Source: an archaeon (GTDB taxonomy: Archaea; Iainarchaeota; Iainarchaeia; Iainarchaeales; 1-14-0-10-31-34). Taken from it: 32,000 nucleotides of DNA. How positions within the stretch are numbered: position 1 is the stretch's first letter; the number at the start of each line of letters is the position of its first letter. A program made the position numbers and the translations under genes. The stretch lies in assembly GCA_024277355.1 (NCBI GenBank), contig JAJRVL010000004.1, forward strand, positions 450,001 to 482,000, written 5' to 3'. Positions 27,731-32,000 of this stretch are shown here, piece after piece. The notes beneath the pieces were generated by a model. It saw only the letters and a program-made list of their open reading frames with translations, ran no database searches and was not told where the DNA came from.

Positions 27731-28456
27731 ATGAAAGCAGTAATTTTAGCAGCAGGCAAAGGATTAAGGATGAAACCTTTAACTAAAGACAAACCAAAAC
27801 CATTGATTAAAATAAAAAATAAAAGTTTTCTGGAAAGACAATTAGAAGAATTAAATAAAACAAAAATAACTGAAGTAGTAATTGTTGTTGGTTTTTTAGG
27901 AAAACAAATAATAAAAGAATTTAACGGAAAACAATCTGAAGAAAAAAAAGGAATTTTCATTGGAGAATTTAATGGAATTAAATTATTTTTTGTTTTTCAG
28001 AAAGAACAAAAAGGAACAGCAGACGGAGTAAACTGTGTTAAAGAATTAATTTCAAAAGATTTTATTCAGATTAATGGAGATTTAATTTTTGAAGCAGAAT
28101 TAATTTCAGAGTTAATTAACAAAAAAGAAAATGTTTTAGTTTTAAGGGAAACTGCTAATACAGGAAATTTTGGGTTGGTTGAAGTTAATAAAGACAAAGT
28201 AATTAAAATAACTGAAAAACCAAAAGAGTTTTCAGGAAAAGGATTAATTAATGCAGGAATTTATCGTTTTACCCCAGAAATATTTAATGCAATTGAAAAC
28301 ATTGAATTAAGTGAAAGAAATGAATTAGAATTAACTGATGCAATAAATTTGTTAGCAGAAAAAAGCAAAGTTTCTTTTATTGAAGTTAAAGGACAATTTT
28401 TTGATATTGGAACAATTGAAGAATTAAAGAAAGTTGAAAAAGAAATAGGAAAATAA
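27731..28456 (+). CDS. Sugar-phosphate nucleotidyltransferase (NDP-sugar synthase family)
   Basis: AVILAAGKGLRMKPLTKDKPKPLIKI, LIFEAELISEL, NAGIYRFTPEIF, GQFFDIGTIEEL. Confidence 0.92.
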   Translation: MKAVILAAGKGLRMKPLTKDKPKPLIKIKNKSFLERQLEELNKTKITEVVIVVGFLGKQIIKEFNGKQSEEKKGIFIGEFNGIKLFFVFQKEQKGTADGVNCVKELISKDFIQINGDLIFEAELISELINKKENVLVLRETANTGNFGLVEVNKDKVIKITEKPKEFSGKGLINAGIYRFTPEIFNAIENIELSERNELELTDAINLLAEKSKVSFIEVKGQFFDIGTIEELKKVEKEIGK

Positions 28457-28473
28457 ATAAGAAAAAGAGAGAA

Positions 28474-28740
28474 TTAAACTCCTGTTTCAGGGTAACTAAA
28501 AGGACCAGGATATTTAATTGGGGCTACACCGTCTCCAGAACCTAAAGTTGTTGGATACAAATGAGGACCAATAATATCATCTCCAGTTGTACCGCCGTCA
28601 CCTAACAAAACAGGCTGAGGATACAAATTAGGATCTCCAAGATCATCTAATTCAGGAATTAAACCCCAATCAGATATATGAGCAGAAGCAAATCCTGCTA
28701 AAGCAATCAAACAAATTCCTATTAATAATAATTTCTTCAT
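28474..28740 (-). CDS. Small exported acidic peptide, paralog A
   Basis: 88 aa with signal peptide MKKLLLIGICLIALAGFASA and then a Pro/Gly/Asp-rich mature region. It is a clear paralog of 30975-31214 and has a strong SD (GGAGG). Confidence 0.8.
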   Translation of the reverse strand: MKKLLLIGICLIALAGFASAHISDWGLIPELDDLGDPNLYPQPVLLGDGGTTGDDIIGPHLYPTTLGSGDGVAPIKYPGPFSYPETGV

Positions 28741-28808
28741 TTCTTACGCCTCCAAAATAAACAATTAACTATTATAAGATTATTAGAATATTTAAATGTT
28801 TTGAAGTT

Positions 28809-29495
28809 TTAAAACTTGAAGGTTTCACCGGGTTGCATTAAAATTGCTTTTGTATCTAAAACGCTTTTTTCTATTTTTCTTTTGAATTCATTTGCATCTG
28901 CTTTAATCATTCCAAAAGTATTGTAATGCATTGGAACAACAAATTTTGGTTTAATTAATTTTGTTGCTTTAACTGAATCAACACAATCCATTGTATAAGT
29001 TCCGCCGATTGGAAGCAAAGCCATATCAGCATTAATTTTAGCAAAATCATCAATTAACGCAGTGTCTCCTGAAAAATACAGGCTTTTTCCTTTAGCTGAA
29101 ACAAGAAAACCAATAGGATAAAATGATTCAGGATGATGAGCTGTTACTGCTTCAATATTTAAATTTCTTACATTTAATTTCTGATTCATGCTTAAAGGAC
29201 ACAAAAACCGTCTTTCTAATTCAAGTTCGTTTAGAATGCTATCATGAGCTACAACTAAAGAATTATTCTTTTTTACAATTGATTCAATTGCTTTTTTGTC
29301 AAAATGATCAAAATGTTCATGAGAAACTAAAACTAAATCAATGTCATTTAAATCTGTTTTTCTTGCTTTACAAGGAATAACTCTGTTAAATGCAGGGTCA
29401 GAACAAGTGTTATTAATAAAAGGATCAAATAAAATTTTTGTTCCATTAAATTCTACTTTAAAAAAAGAGTGACCAAAAAAAGTTACCTTAACCAT
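28809..29495 (-). CDS. Metal-dependent hydrolase, MBL fold (UPF0173-like)
   Basis: MVKVTFFGHSFFKVEF, VLVSHEHFDHFD, VTAHHPE, YFSGDTALI, VPMHYNTF. Start corrected to the Met at 29495. Confidence 0.9.
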   Translation of the reverse strand: MVKVTFFGHSFFKVEFNGTKILFDPFINNTCSDPAFNRVIPCKARKTDLNDIDLVLVSHEHFDHFDKKAIESIVKKNNSLVVAHDSILNELELERRFLCPLSMNQKLNVRNLNIEAVTAHHPESFYPIGFLVSAKGKSLYFSGDTALIDDFAKINADMALLPIGGTYTMDCVDSVKATKLIKPKFVVPMHYNTFGMIKADANEFKRKIEKSVLDTKAILMQPGETFKF

Positions 29496-29617
29496 AAACA
29501 ACAACAAGAGTAGGTAATGCGCAAATATAAAGCACTACTATAAACAAACAAAAAAAACAGGAAAAAACAGAAAATACTGTTTTAATATTTTTTTGGGTCA
29601 TAAACATATAGATTAAT

Positions 29618-30919
29618 ATGAAAAAATTGGTTTTTGTTTTTGTTTTATTATTAATGCTTAATGTATTTGGAGTAGAAATACAAAAAGAAAACATAAACAT
29701 TATTGTAAATAAAACAGGAAATGCTTTAATTGAAGAAAGTTATTTCATTTCTTTTTCTGATGAAAACGAATTAAATTTATTCAAAGAAAAAATAAGCGAT
29801 GGCATTTCAGCTGAAATATTAAATGAATTTAAACTTGAAATTAAATCAAGAATAGAAGAAAACAAAGGAACTGTTTCTTTTGAAGAACAAGATGAAAATA
29901 AAAAAATAAAATTAAATTATTCTTCAGATAAAATTTTTTTAATGAATAAAAGAGTTTTATTTGATGAATTCACTTTAAACAAAGACAGATTTTCTTTTCT
30001 TTTATCTGAAAACAAAACAGTTTTTCCTGAAAATTTTTCTTTAAGGTTTGTTCTGCCGAATGAATCAAAATCAATTTTAACCGTTCCTGAAACAAAAGTT
30101 TTTTCTAAAACAACTGAATTTAAAGGAATAAATTCAAATGAATTTTCTTTAAGTTATTTAATTGAAAAAAAACCAGAAAAAATTGCAATAAAGAAAACTC
30201 AAATTGAAATTAACGTAAAAGAAAATGGTTTTGGGTTTATTTCAGAAAAATATTTCTTTGAATTCAGGAACCAGGAAGAATCAGAGTACTTTATTGAAAA
30301 AGCACAAAACAATGGTTCAAGTTTATTAAGCTGGATTGCATTTGACAACAGAATTTTCCCCCATATAAAAGAAAATGAATTTGACTTAAAAAATGCTTCA
30401 GTTGAATTTGTAGAAAACGGATTAGAAAACAGTTTTTTGCAGATTATATATGAAAATGAAACACCAGTATTCATAGAAAAAAAAGAAAGACAAGGAAGAT
30501 TTGTTGAATGGGAATTTAACTTAAAAAAATTAAATGAATTTACTTCATCAGGATTAATAATTTTTCCTGAAAACTTTTTCTTAGAAATAATTCTTCCATT
30601 AAATGCAGAAATAAAAGAAACAGATTTAGAGGAAAGAAACGGAAAAGTTTTAATGCAAGGATATAAAAGTACAAGTAAAATAAACATTGTTTATGTAATA
30701 AAAGAAAATATTGCTCCTGCATTTAATTTGTCTTTAGTTATTCAAAGAATTGTTTCAGAAAAAGAAGCAAGCCCAATTATTGCAGGAATAATACTTTTAA
30801 TTTTAGTTATAGTTTATTTAAAAAAAGACAGTTTAACTGAAAAAACAGAAAACTTTATTATTAAAAATTCTTCAATTAAAAAAAGAGAACAAACAGAAGA
30901 AATAGAAATAGATGAATAA
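29618..30919 (+). CDS. Secreted/membrane-anchored protein with duplicated ectodomain, hypothetical
   Basis: 433 aa; N-terminal signal peptide, large ectodomain, C-terminal TM (SPIIAGIILLILVIVYL) and a charged tail. Confidence 0.8.
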   Translation: MKKLVFVFVLLLMLNVFGVEIQKENINIIVNKTGNALIEESYFISFSDENELNLFKEKISDGISAEILNEFKLEIKSRIEENKGTVSFEEQDENKKIKLNYSSDKIFLMNKRVLFDEFTLNKDRFSFLLSENKTVFPENFSLRFVLPNESKSILTVPETKVFSKTTEFKGINSNEFSLSYLIEKKPEKIAIKKTQIEINVKENGFGFISEKYFFEFRNQEESEYFIEKAQNNGSSLLSWIAFDNRIFPHIKENEFDLKNASVEFVENGLENSFLQIIYENETPVFIEKKERQGRFVEWEFNLKKLNEFTSSGLIIFPENFFLEIILPLNAEIKETDLEERNGKVLMQGYKSTSKINIVYVIKENIAPAFNLSLVIQRIVSEKEASPIIAGIILLILVIVYLKKDSLTEKTENFIIKNSSIKKREQTEEIEIDE

Positions 30920-30974
30920 AAAAAACTTTTAGAAAAAAACTTGAACAAAAAAATAGAAAAAGGAGAATAAATTT

Positions 30975-31214
30975 TTAGACTCCTGTTGCTAATTCGTCTC
31001 CGTCTGTTGGATCATCAACTGCTCTGCAACCAGTGTCTCCACCAAGATATTTAATTGGTGCTACGCCGTCTCCAGAACCTAACAAAACAGGTTGAGGATA
31101 CAAATTATCACCCATTCCATCTAATTCAGGAACAAAACCTGTGCTATCAATAAGAGCAGAAGCAAAACTGCTTAAAACAATTAAACAAATTCCTATTAAT
31201 AATAATTTCTTCAT
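30975..31214 (-). CDS. Small exported acidic peptide, paralog B
   Basis: 79 aa, MKKLLLIGICLIVLSSFASA signal peptide; shares PELD..GD.NLYPQPVLLG and GSGDGVAPIKY with paralog A. Confidence 0.8.
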   Translation of the reverse strand: MKKLLLIGICLIVLSSFASALIDSTGFVPELDGMGDNLYPQPVLLGSGDGVAPIKYLGGDTGCRAVDDPTDGDELATGV

Positions 31215-31279
31215 TTTTCACGCCTCCAAAATAAACTAAATCGATTATATTGTAATTATTAGGAAATAAAAAGGTTTGC

Positions 31280-32000
31280 TTAAGAAAAATAATTCTTTAA
31301 AGAAGACTGGGTTTCTTGTTTTACTTCTTCAGTTTTTTCTTCTGATTGTTTTTCTTTGGTTTTTTCAAAGAAACTTCCATTTATTCCTTCTAAAGGTTTT
31401 CTTGCTGCGCCAAAAAAATTAATTGTTTTTGCTTCATCAAAAATTACTTTAACTTTTTTTGTTTCAGGTTTAGTGTTTAATAAAAAAGCAATTTCTTTTT
31501 CAGTTAACTCAAATTTAGCTGAAAACCTTACTGCAAAATCTTTATTAGAAAAACATTGTTTAATAAAAGGCAAATCTGATGCAATAATTTCTTTTGTAGA
31601 GGAATGAATTTCATTTGACATTTTTGATGCAATAGATTTTTTTGTTTCCCTTAAAGAAGAATTTCTGTTTAACCTTGAAATAAAAACAGGGAACTGGTAC
31701 ATAATAAAATTCCTGTTAGGTTTTTCTTTTGACATGCTTACTCCAGTTGACATTAATTCAGAACTATATCTTAGAAAGCCGTAATGCTGTCTTCTTCTAA
31801 TTCTTCCATTAAATACATCTGCTTTGCTTAATTTTTCAAAAGCATTAGCTATTTCATTTATATCAGAAAATTGTCTTGGAATGTTTTCTTCAATCCATTT
31901 CATTAATAAATCTGAATCAATATCGGCAGAAAACCTTGCGTTTCTTGCTTCACTAAAAGTTTCTGCAGTAAAAATTTTTCTTAAAACCTTAAAGACATCT
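31280..32000 (-). CDS. rfcL: Replication factor C large subunit, C-terminal part (5' end beyond the window)
   Basis: The frame stays open through 32000 (DVFKVLRKIFTAETFSEARNARFSADIDSDLLMKWIEENIPRQFSD...FEKLSKADVFNGRIRRRQHYGFLRYSSELMSTGVSMSK), an RFC-L collar domain signature. C-terminal QSSLKNYFS. Confidence 0.88.
   Translation of the reverse strand, partial: DVFKVLRKIFTAETFSEARNARFSADIDSDLLMKWIEENIPRQFSDINEIANAFEKLSKADVFNGRIRRRQHYGFLRYSSELMSTGVSMSKEKPNRNFIMYQFPVFISRLNRNSSLRETKKSIASKMSNEIHSSTKEIIASDLPFIKQCFSNKDFAVRFSAKFELTEKEIAFLLNTKPETKKVKVIFDEAKTINFFGAARKPLEGINGSFFEKTKEKQSEEKTEEVKQETQSSLKNYFS

Noticed and set aside
30199-30722. Minus-strand 162-aa and 60-aa ORFs within the 29618-30919 gene
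   Set aside because: Antisense frames over a gene with a convincing signal peptide/TM architecture.
28474-31214. CRISPR or transposon terminal repeats as the cause of the duplicated peptide genes
   Set aside because: The similarity is confined to the coding regions and short leaders. There is no regular spacer array, transposase or target duplication.
1-32000. tRNA/rRNA or other GC-rich structured RNA islands
   Set aside because: Intergenic regions are short and AT-rich. I found no cloverleaf-like or GC-rich segments by eye; a tRNAscan-SE/Infernal run would be decisive.

Overview
AT-rich archaeal chromosomal window, probably from a DPANN-like lineage (inference only). It is dominated by housekeeping genes. 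Information-processing genes are: Endonuclease Q, the minus-strand series priL / 43-aa acidic ORF / priS / GINS51 / rps27e / aIF2-alpha / PAC2-family, two divergent PCNA genes, Csl4-Rpb11, and the 3' end of the RFC large subunit. Others include archaeal LonB, RNase Z, SPFH protein, DUF373, L-aspartate oxidase, geranylgeranyl reductase, thioredoxin reductase, signal peptidase I, cation transporters and a RelBE-like toxin-antitoxin pair. I see no rRNA, tRNA, CRISPR array or transposon. The best candidates for new biology are: (1) a pair of paralogous small exported acidic peptides with an identical Shine-Dalgarno leader, flanking an MBL hydrolase and a membrane-anchored protein with an internally duplicated ectodomain; (2) two divergently oriented neighbouring genes, each interrupted by an in-frame TAA with coding-like sequence on both sides; (3) two PCNA paralogs plus C-terminal PIP-box-like motifs on EndoQ and RFC-L; (4) an unannotated Glu/Pro-rich micro-ORF between priL and priS; (5) a near-perfect palindromic operator at the toxin-antitoxin start codon.
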